A stretch of 64,000 bases of DNA from Beijerinckiaceae bacterium. Lineage in GTDB: Bacteria > Pseudomonadota > Alphaproteobacteria > Rhizobiales > Beijerinckiaceae. The notes below the pieces were generated by a model. It saw only the letters and a list, made by a program, of their open reading frames with translations. It did no database searches and had not been told where the DNA came from. The position numbers were made by a program, and so were the translations under genes. Positions 16,708 through 24,097 of the stretch are shown here, piece by piece. The stretch covers positions 22,751 to 86,750 of the forward strand of contig JBBIIT010000003.1 of NCBI GenBank assembly GCA_037446355.1. The letters run 5' to 3'. How positions within the stretch are numbered: the first letter of the stretch is position 1; every line of letters starts with the position of its first letter.

Positions 16708-17571
16708 ATGCTCCCTATTTCGACGCCGCGAAGCCTGCGAGGCTTTTACGTCCTGTCGGCCCTGGCGGCGGCGCCGGGAATGGCGCTAGCCGCACCGGGA
16801 GCATTCGATTGCGTCATGGAGGCCTCGCTGATCGTGAAAGTCGGATCCCCAGTCGCAAGCATCGTCGACGATGTTCAAGTAGATCGCGGAGCGGTGGTCA
16901 AAAGAGGGGACGTGATCGCGCACATCGCCTCTAAGGTCGAGGAATCGGCGGTTGCATACAACAAATTGCGGTCCGAGAGCACGGCGGAAATCGAGGCCAA
17001 GGCGGCGATCCTCGTACAAAAATCCGGAGTGCTCCGCCGAAAGCTTGGTTTGGCCAAGGAGCATGTCGGCGCTTCGCAGGACGTCGAGAACGCGACAGCG
17101 GAGTTCAACGTCGCGAGTCAGGAGCTGGAACTCGCCAAGCTCAATCATCACATGGCCGAAATAGAGTACGAGCGGTCCAAAGCCGAGATGGAGCTGCGCA
17201 CCATCCGAAGCCCCATCGACGGCATCGTGACCCAGCGTTCGATCGGGCCGGGCGAATATTTCCATCAAGAATCGTCGATCGCCACCATCGCTAGGGTCGA
17301 TCCTCTTTACGTCGAAACCTTTCTGCCGGTCAGCCTCTACCAACAGGTGAAGATCGGCGACGTCGCGCTGGTCCATCCCGCCGAGCCGATCGGAGGCGAG
17401 CGCGAAGCGAAAGTCACGGTCGTCGACCAGGTGTTCGACGCGGCGAGCGGCACCTTCGGGGTGCGTTTGGCGCTGCCTAACGCGGACGACGGGCTTCCTG
17501 CGGGACTACGGTGCAAAGTGACTTTCGGCGAAACAAGTGCGGCGCAAGCCTCGACGACGCCGAAACCCTAA
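16708..17571 (+). CDS. Membrane-fusion (RND/HlyD periplasmic adaptor) protein
   Basis: Hydrophobic N-terminus, FDCVMEASLIVKVGSPVASIV, VDRGAVVKRGDVIA, coiled coil, IRSPIDGIVTQR and VFDAASGTFGVRL. Confidence 0.85.
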   Translation: MLPISTPRSLRGFYVLSALAAAPGMALAAPGAFDCVMEASLIVKVGSPVASIVDDVQVDRGAVVKRGDVIAHIASKVEESAVAYNKLRSESTAEIEAKAAILVQKSGVLRRKLGLAKEHVGASQDVENATAEFNVASQELELAKLNHHMAEIEYERSKAEMELRTIRSPIDGIVTQRSIGPGEYFHQESSIATIARVDPLYVETFLPVSLYQQVKIGDVALVHPAEPIGGEREAKVTVVDQVFDAASGTFGVRLALPNADDGLPAGLRCKVTFGETSAAQASTTPKP

Positions 17572-17577
17572 TTCGAG

Positions 17578-18606
17578 ATGAGCAGTCGCGACTATCTCCG
17601 CGTTAACGCCTACTTGACCACGGAGATGGACGCACGCGCGATCCGCAGCGCGCTCGATCTTGGAGTCATCGACACGCTCGCCGAACTTGGGCCCAGCGCG
17701 ATCGACGCGCTCGCGCGGTCGCATCGAATCCATCCGACGGGACTGAAGCTGCTCGCCCAGATGCTTGCGGCGAATGGGGTGGTCCGCTTCGAGGGCGGGA
17801 GCATGGAATTGACGCCGGCGTTCCTGAGCGCGCTGCGGTTTCGCGATCTCCTGGAGTCCCGAATCGCCTTTGCGGACCTAGTTTGGCCAGACATCCACAC
17901 GCTATTCACGCCGCTATTGAACGACTTGCCGCAATTCATGGCGCGCTCAAAAGTGTTCGACCTGTTTCGCTACGATCGCTGCTTCGATCTGACCCCGGAG
18001 AACATCGAGGCGACGCAGAGCTGGACGAAATTCACGACCTGCCTGACCAAGTACGAGGCGGGGCCCGCGTTGGACGAAGTGGGACTCGACGGCGTCGACG
18101 ATCTCATTGACATGGGCGGCAATACCGGCGAATTCGCGTTTCGCGCCTGCCAGCGCAGATCGACGCTGCAAGCGACCGTGGTCGATCTTCCCGTTGTTTG
18201 CGAACTGGGCCGTCGGCGCCTAGCGGGCAGCGACGAGGCGCGGCGCATCGGCTTCTTCCCGACCGACATGCGCGGCGGCGCATTGCCCGCGCCCGCGGAC
18301 CTCGTCTCCTTCAAGTCGGTGCTGCACGACTGGCCCGACGCCGAAGCGCGCCACTTGTTGACGCGCGCCGCGGATCTGGTGCGTCCGGGCGGGCGGCTGT
18401 TGATCTTCGAGCGGGCGCCGATTGACGTCAGCAAGGGTCGTATTCCCTATGCGATGGCGCCCGACCTGGTATTCCTGCATTTTCTGCGTCCTGCGGACCT
18501 CTACTTGCGGACATTGCGCGAGCTTGGGTTTGCGATCGTCACGCATAAGCGCATGGCGCTCGACATGGACTTTCACCTTATCGTCGCGGCGAGACCGCAG
18601 CGCTAG
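17578..18606 (+). CDS. O-methyltransferase family protein (dimerisation domain plus SAM domain)
   Basis: N-terminal AIRSALDLGVIDTL dimerisation helix-turn-helix; DMGGNTG, VVDLP, FKSVLHDWPD and PGGRLLIFE. Confidence 0.85.
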   Translation: MSSRDYLRVNAYLTTEMDARAIRSALDLGVIDTLAELGPSAIDALARSHRIHPTGLKLLAQMLAANGVVRFEGGSMELTPAFLSALRFRDLLESRIAFADLVWPDIHTLFTPLLNDLPQFMARSKVFDLFRYDRCFDLTPENIEATQSWTKFTTCLTKYEAGPALDEVGLDGVDDLIDMGGNTGEFAFRACQRRSTLQATVVDLPVVCELGRRRLAGSDEARRIGFFPTDMRGGALPAPADLVSFKSVLHDWPDAEARHLLTRAADLVRPGGRLLIFERAPIDVSKGRIPYAMAPDLVFLHFLRPADLYLRTLRELGFAIVTHKRMALDMDFHLIVAARPQR

Positions 18607-18639
18607 CGCGCGCGACGATCTCAATCAGAGGGCTGATCG

Positions 18640-20166
18640 ATGTCCGACTTCCGGGGGCAGGCACAAGCGATCGAGCGGGTCGTGATCGTCGGCGGCGGCA
18701 CGGCCGGATGGATGTCCGCGATCTATCTCAATCGCTTCCTGAAGCCGTTGAAGGTCAAAGTGACTTTGGTTGAGTCGCCGACCGTCGGTTCCATCGGCGT
18801 CGGCGAAGCGACGATTCCCTCGCTGGTTGAATTCGTGCGCACCCTCAATCTCGATGAAAAGGAATTCATGCGCCGCTGTTCGGCCACTTTCAAGCTGGCG
18901 ATCAAGTTCGAAGGTTGGGGCGGCGAAGGCTCGAGCTATTGGCACGCTTTCGGGCCTTGCGGCGGGCAATTAAACGGGCTGGACCTTTTTCATTTCTGGA
19001 ATCGGCGACGGATCGAGACGGCGAGCGAACTCAAATACGCGGACTATTCGTTGCAGGCCCTGCTCTGCGAACAATCGAAAGCGCCTTGGCCGATCGAAGG
19101 CGCTTCGCCAATTTCGCAAATGGGGACTTACGCCTACCATCTCGACGCCTCAGCGCTCGCCGAATATCTGCGCGAACGCGCGACCGCCGAAGGCGTGCAT
19201 CACCTGTTCGGCCATGTCCAGGAGGTCCAATTCGGGGCGCGCGGCGACATAGAGAGCCTTGATATCGGCGGCGACCGAACCTTGCAGGGCGATCTCTTCC
19301 TGGATGCGACGGGGTTCTCGGGACGCCTGATCGAGCAGGAGCTTGGCGATCCCTGGATCGATTGGTCGAAATATCTGCTTTGCGACGGCGCGATCGCGAT
19401 GCCGTTGCCGCGCAGCGCCGAATTCCCGCCTTACACGCTATCGAAGGCGGCGGATTCGGGCTGGATGTGGACGATTCCGCTCAACAATCGGGTGGGAAAT
19501 GGTTACGTCTTTTCCCGTGCGCATATTTCCGAGGACGAAGCGACCGCCGCGCTGATCGCCCGATCGGGTTTGCGCCGGGAGCGCGCCGCCGATCCGCGCT
19601 CACTGAAGATCAGGGTCGGGCGCCGCTCAAAATTCTGGGTGCGAAATTGCGTGTCGGTCGGCTTGGCGTCCGGATTCGTCGAACCGCTGGAGTCGACGGG
19701 AATTCACTTCATTTTCAAGACTGCGAAGCAGCTCGTCAAGTTTTGGCCCGACAGCCCGACGCCCGACGCGCTTCGTGACGCCTTCAACGAAGAAATGTCC
19801 GAGCTTTACGACGAGGTTCGTGACTTTATTGTTTTGCACTATTGGCTGGCGCGGCGCGAGGGACCGTTCTGGCGCGACGCGCGAAACGTTCCCCTTAGCT
19901 CCAGCCTCAAGGACCGCATCGCCCGGTTCGACGAGACAGGCCGGATCGAATCCAACCACAAAGCGTTGTTCGCCGACGCCAGTCACTTTTTCATTTATTC
20001 GGGCAACGGCCGCCAACCCCGGCGCATGATCGTCGAAGCGGAATTGGCCAATCGCAACGAAGTGTGGCACGTGCTCGATCGTATCCGCGCCGACAATAGA
20101 GAGTTCGCGCATCGGATGCCCGAGCATAAGGTCTATCTCGAACGGCTGCATCGGACGCCCGTTTGA
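18640..20166 (+). CDS. Flavin-dependent halogenase, tryptophan halogenase family
   Basis: GGGTAG (18691), IGVGEATIP, ATFKLAIKF (catalytic Lys), WMWTIP (WxWxIP at 19462) and GFVEPLESTG. Confidence 0.9.
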   Translation: MSDFRGQAQAIERVVIVGGGTAGWMSAIYLNRFLKPLKVKVTLVESPTVGSIGVGEATIPSLVEFVRTLNLDEKEFMRRCSATFKLAIKFEGWGGEGSSYWHAFGPCGGQLNGLDLFHFWNRRRIETASELKYADYSLQALLCEQSKAPWPIEGASPISQMGTYAYHLDASALAEYLRERATAEGVHHLFGHVQEVQFGARGDIESLDIGGDRTLQGDLFLDATGFSGRLIEQELGDPWIDWSKYLLCDGAIAMPLPRSAEFPPYTLSKAADSGWMWTIPLNNRVGNGYVFSRAHISEDEATAALIARSGLRRERAADPRSLKIRVGRRSKFWVRNCVSVGLASGFVEPLESTGIHFIFKTAKQLVKFWPDSPTPDALRDAFNEEMSELYDEVRDFIVLHYWLARREGPFWRDARNVPLSSSLKDRIARFDETGRIESNHKALFADASHFFIYSGNGRQPRRMIVEAELANRNEVWHVLDRIRADNREFAHRMPEHKVYLERLHRTPV

Positions 20167-20957
20167 TGTCCGGCGCCGATTTGATCGAACTGGTGAAGGC
20201 GCTCAGGGCGCCCTACGGCTTGGAGCGATCCGTCAAGATCGAGTCCGGCGTGTTGTTCGACGACCGTTTTCTGATCAGCGTCCATCGCGATGCGTTGGGC
20301 GTCGATCCTCTCGGAAAGCTCGGGGCGATCGTCGCCGCTCAGGGCGCCCCGCGAGCGGTTGTGCGCGCTTTGGCGCAAGCGCTGCAAGGCGCCGATGTCA
20401 TTCATTTCGGACACGAGACGGACGCCCTCGGCGCTGTCCGCAAGATTTATTTCGAATATGCGGCGGCGGCTCGGCGATCGATGGCGCAAGATCGGCCGGC
20501 GCTGGTTCATTTCGCCTACAAGTGGAAGCCCGGCCGCGAACATGGATTCGCGCAAACGCGATATACTTGGGCGCCGGCGCCGACGCGGCGGGAACTTGAG
20601 GGTCGCGTGAACGCCTTGCTGCCGGTCGGATCGGCGCCGAGGGGCCGCAAAACGGCGCTCGCTTTGCTGGAACTGGCTTGCCGCGCGGCGGAAGCTCGCG
20701 AAATATTGCTGATGGAGGTCGACGAGCCCGGCAATGCCAGGCGTTCTCTCGATATCAACCTGTATGAGGCCGAGCTGCGTCTGCGCGATGTCGGAGATCT
20801 CGTCGCGACGATAGCGAAAGATTTCGCAATTCCCGGAGAACGACGCCAGGCGGTGTTCGCCGATCGCGGCGATCTCCTGCTCGGCCATCTCTCGGCCGGC
20901 GTCGGGCGTGATGGACAGGAATTCGTGACACTATATTATGGAATTGAAGCGCATTGA
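20166..20957 (+). CDS. Hypothetical protein, possible cyanobactin F-family (PagF/LynF-like) prenyltransferase homologue
   Basis: GLERSVKIESGVLFDDRFL resembles the PagF segment I recall as SLEASCKIESDKLIASRFL; C-terminal VTLYY; five beta-hairpin-like segments separated by helices. TGATG coupling to the halogenase. Confidence 0.5.
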   Translation: MSGADLIELVKALRAPYGLERSVKIESGVLFDDRFLISVHRDALGVDPLGKLGAIVAAQGAPRAVVRALAQALQGADVIHFGHETDALGAVRKIYFEYAAAARRSMAQDRPALVHFAYKWKPGREHGFAQTRYTWAPAPTRRELEGRVNALLPVGSAPRGRKTALALLELACRAAEAREILLMEVDEPGNARRSLDINLYEAELRLRDVGDLVATIAKDFAIPGERRQAVFADRGDLLLGHLSAGVGRDGQEFVTLYYGIEAH

Positions 20958-20967
20958 CGAGGCCGCG

Positions 20968-21840
20968 ATGAACATTGAGTCGAGGCCGCTGGAGCGAACC
21001 GGCCCGCACGAGAAGTTCGCGGACTACTGTCTTTGGGACTATCCGCCGCCCTCGCCGCCGGCGGGAAAGCTGCGCTCGTCGAACTTGCTTTGGAGCGCCA
21101 TCGCCAGCATTGGAGGCGCGCCGCATCTGGTGGCCGCTTGCGAAGCCATCCGTGCCGGATTGGGGCCGTTTCGGACGGTCTACGGCGTCAAGCAGAAAGA
21201 TGGGCTGACCAGCTTCGAGTTCTATTTCTACGATTACGAACGACTCGAACGCCGCGTTTCGATTTCGCGCGTGCTCGAGATCCTGAAGCCGTGGGTCGCC
21301 TGCTCTTTGCCGCCGCTGGAAGGGCGACCATACTTCATGTTCTCGATTGATCTCGACGAAGCGACGTCGAGCGGACGTAAACCGCTCGATACGATTAATA
21401 TGTATATTGGCAATCCCGGCAGCTCAGTGTCGTCGGGCATTTGCTATGAGCAATCGGCCGCCGGCCTGCGTCTAGCGAATTTCTATTTCTTTTTCGATCG
21501 CCGGCGAGAAATGGACGACATCGTCGCCAAAGTCGCCTGTTCCGCGCACCATGATTTGCGCACGTTCGATCCCTCCTCGGTGCTGCGGCCGGAGTTGTTG
21601 AATTGCGAGGTCGTCGTCGTCGCCAACAAGAAGTTCAACGACGGCGTCTATTTCTCGCGATTGCCGATCGATCCCCTTATCGGCTTCCTGAAACGGGAAG
21701 CATTCCACCCCGATATCATCGCTTTCGCGGAGCGGCATCGCGACGAACTCGATCATATGCTATATGACGTCGGCGTCGACTATATTGTCGAGGGCCGATC
21801 CGTCAAAGTCACTAAGAGCGCCTTCTACGGCCTCCTCTAG
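20968..21840 (+). CDS. Hypothetical protein with alternating helices and aromatic beta-hairpins
   Basis: Clean ORF with host-like codon use inside the operon; ACGAGG RBS before ATG 20968 (alternative start 20938). No family recognised. Confidence 0.75.
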   Translation: MNIESRPLERTGPHEKFADYCLWDYPPPSPPAGKLRSSNLLWSAIASIGGAPHLVAACEAIRAGLGPFRTVYGVKQKDGLTSFEFYFYDYERLERRVSISRVLEILKPWVACSLPPLEGRPYFMFSIDLDEATSSGRKPLDTINMYIGNPGSSVSSGICYEQSAAGLRLANFYFFFDRRREMDDIVAKVACSAHHDLRTFDPSSVLRPELLNCEVVVVANKKFNDGVYFSRLPIDPLIGFLKREAFHPDIIAFAERHRDELDHMLYDVGVDYIVEGRSVKVTKSAFYGLL

Positions 21841-21867
21841 GCCGGGCGCAAACCATCGGAGTCATGC

Positions 21868-22836
21868 TTGTCGATCGCGGAGCGGACTTACGCATCGGAC
21901 TGGGCGGCGCTGCACCGATTCGATAATCGCGATTACGTCTCGATGACGATGGAGTTCCGCTGCAATTTGAAATGCGCTCACTGCATGATCGAAGGCACGA
22001 TGGACCGGTTGGAGCCGGAATCCTCGGACCGATTCGAAGAATTGCTGGCACAGAACCGAAGCGGTCGCCGCTGGAAGGGCCTCATCCTGACCGGGTCCGA
22101 AATTACTTTGCGCAAGGACTTGCCTGATCTGGCTCGCCGAGCGCGCGGCGCGGGCTTCGAACACGTCCGTATTCAGACCCACGGAATGCACCTGGCGCAG
22201 GCGGCCTATTGCGACACCCTCATTTCGGCGGGAGTCGACGAATATTTCGTCAGCGTGGCCGGATCCGACGCCGCCACGCACGACGCGATCACCACCGTAG
22301 CCGGCTCGTTCGAGAAAACCATGCGCGGAATGGATATTCTGGACGGTCGGGAGGGCGTCGCCCTTATGACCAATTCGGTCGTTACGCGCCGCAGCTATCG
22401 CCTGCTGCCTCAAATCGTCGAGCGGCTCGCGCATTTGCGGCGCCTAGTCCAAATGGAGTTCTGGGTCTATTGGCCGATGAGCGAGACGGACGAGAAAGAC
22501 CTCGTCGCCGCACATGCCGAGATCGCGCCATATCTACGCGAGGCCATCGTCAGGGCGCGGGCGCTGGGCCGGGGCGTAGAGGTCAAGAACTTTCCCGAAT
22601 GCCTTTTGGGGAGTGAACGCTCGGCGCTGGTGAATACGCAACCGCAACTTTTCATCGACCCGGCGTTTTGGCCCGAGTTCATGCGAAACGGGTTTTATCA
22701 ATGTGTTTACAGGGATCAGTGTGCATCGACCGAGTGTCTCGGTCTGAGCACGGCTTACATCTCGAAATTCGGCTACGACGAGAAAATCTTGCGTCCCTTG
22801 TCTCCTCCGGGAACCGGCTCGGAAATTCCGCGTTGA
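21868..22836 (+). CDS. Radical SAM protein with C-terminal Cys cluster (possible twitch/SPASM-like auxiliary cluster)
   Basis: CNLKCAHC at 21961-21984, ILTGSEIT, RIQTHG, KNFPECLL and QCVYRDQCASTECLGL; GGAG RBS with TTG start. Confidence 0.85.
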   Translation: MSIAERTYASDWAALHRFDNRDYVSMTMEFRCNLKCAHCMIEGTMDRLEPESSDRFEELLAQNRSGRRWKGLILTGSEITLRKDLPDLARRARGAGFEHVRIQTHGMHLAQAAYCDTLISAGVDEYFVSVAGSDAATHDAITTVAGSFEKTMRGMDILDGREGVALMTNSVVTRRSYRLLPQIVERLAHLRRLVQMEFWVYWPMSETDEKDLVAAHAEIAPYLREAIVRARALGRGVEVKNFPECLLGSERSALVNTQPQLFIDPAFWPEFMRNGFYQCVYRDQCASTECLGLSTAYISKFGYDEKILRPLSPPGTGSEIPR

Positions 22837-23055
22837 AGGTTTTTGAAAAGCGACCCCCTGCGGCTGTTGAAATATAGCGCGGCGAATCGACGTGAGTCGT
22901 CTTTATTCAAACTGCTGAATTAAGAAGACAATGGGTCAAGCGCGCCGGGAGTTATTATAGGACTGCGATAAGATTAGCTACAAATTGCTTTTCCATATCC
23001 GTGTTGCTTGTGCCGATGATCGCCGCGAAATTTCGATCCGATCAAATTCTGTCAA

Positions 23056-23070
23056 GGCAAATAAATTGCT
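23056..23070 (+). promoter_or_regulatory. Candidate sigma-54 (-24/-12) promoter upstream of sapC and the giant gene
   Basis: GGCAAATAAATTGCT has exact GG-N10-GC spacing with TTGC, inside an unusually AT-rich 380 bp intergenic region. Confidence 0.5.
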
Positions 23071-23217
23071 TATTCACCCCTTGAAGCTGTAAGCGGTCTC
23101 CGATAGCTTTGTCTAACAATTGTGATTGAGGGTTGATTTGGGGTTGCGCGGCGGCGTCGCCGTTGGGGTCACGCCGAAGCGAACGCGACCGGATTCTTAG
23201 GGCGGGAACAAGTGTAA

Positions 23218-23982
23218 ATGACAAAACAACTGCTGATTTACGAGCGCGCGACCGGGGTGAATGCGCGCGATCATAGAGACGTTTCGATAAAGACGAGCAA
23301 CGATTTCAGCTTCGCGAGGGACGTGAACTCGGTGCCGCTGATGGCGGTCGAATTCGAACTTGCGAGTTCGGAATATGCGATCGTGTTTTCGGGCGAATCG
23401 TCAGCGGTCATGCCCGCTGCGTTGCTCGGAATTCGCGACAACGAGAATCTATATGTCGACGAGCATGGGGTCTGGAACGCGAAATATGTTCCGGCCTTCG
23501 TTCGTCGCTACCCCTTTGTCTTCTCGTCGGCGGACGGAGCGACATTCACGCTTTGTCTGGACGAGGAGTTCCATGGCGTGAACCGTCGCGGTCTCGGCGA
23601 ACGGCTGTTCGACGCCGAGGGGCAGCGAACGCAATATCTGCAAAGCGTTCTGAACTTTCTCCAGGCGTATCAGGCTCAGTTCGAGGCGACCCGGGCGTTC
23701 ACCGCGCGATTGGTCGAACTCGATCTTCTCGAAGCGATGCAGGCTCAGTTCACACTGCGATCCGGCCAGAAAATCACGCTTGGCGGTTTCACGGCGGTCA
23801 GTCGGACCCGCCTCCGCGCGCTCTCGGGCGACGCCCTCGCGCGTCTAGCCGCCAACGGCGATCTCGATCTGATCTACGCGCACTTGCATTCGCTGCGCAA
23901 TTTCACGCCGACAGCGGAACGTGTGCTGCGGGTGCTCGAACCCACCGCCGCGACATCGTCGCCTGCGTTGTCGGACGCCTGA
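23218..23982 (+). CDS. sapC: SapC family protein
   Basis: FSFARDVNSVPLMAVEF, PAALLGIRDNENLYV, YVPAFVRRYPFVF and LDLIYAHLHSL. Confidence 0.85.
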   Translation: MTKQLLIYERATGVNARDHRDVSIKTSNDFSFARDVNSVPLMAVEFELASSEYAIVFSGESSAVMPAALLGIRDNENLYVDEHGVWNAKYVPAFVRRYPFVFSSADGATFTLCLDEEFHGVNRRGLGERLFDAEGQRTQYLQSVLNFLQAYQAQFEATRAFTARLVELDLLEAMQAQFTLRSGQKITLGGFTAVSRTRLRALSGDALARLAANGDLDLIYAHLHSLRNFTPTAERVLRVLEPTAATSSPALSDA

Positions 23983-24097
23983 GCCCGACGACAACAAGAA
24001 GAGGCTGGAAACGGCCCGGAAGCTGCATCCGAAAGAGTCGCTCATAAGACTTCTTGTGGGCGTTCAGACGTTTTGACGATCTGAAGAGGATTGATTC

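Noticed and set aside
24001-24060. Possible c-di-GMP-I riboswitch (CCGAAAGAG resembles part of the consensus)
   Set aside because: The rest of the consensus (GCAAAC element, second stem) is not present; an Rfam scan would be needed.
12225-24097. Small RiPP precursor ORF near the enzymes
   Set aside because: The intergenic gaps (16550-16707, 22837-23217, 23983-24097) show no convincing short ORF with an RBS and leader/core pattern. Very short peptides cannot be excluded without ribosome profiling.
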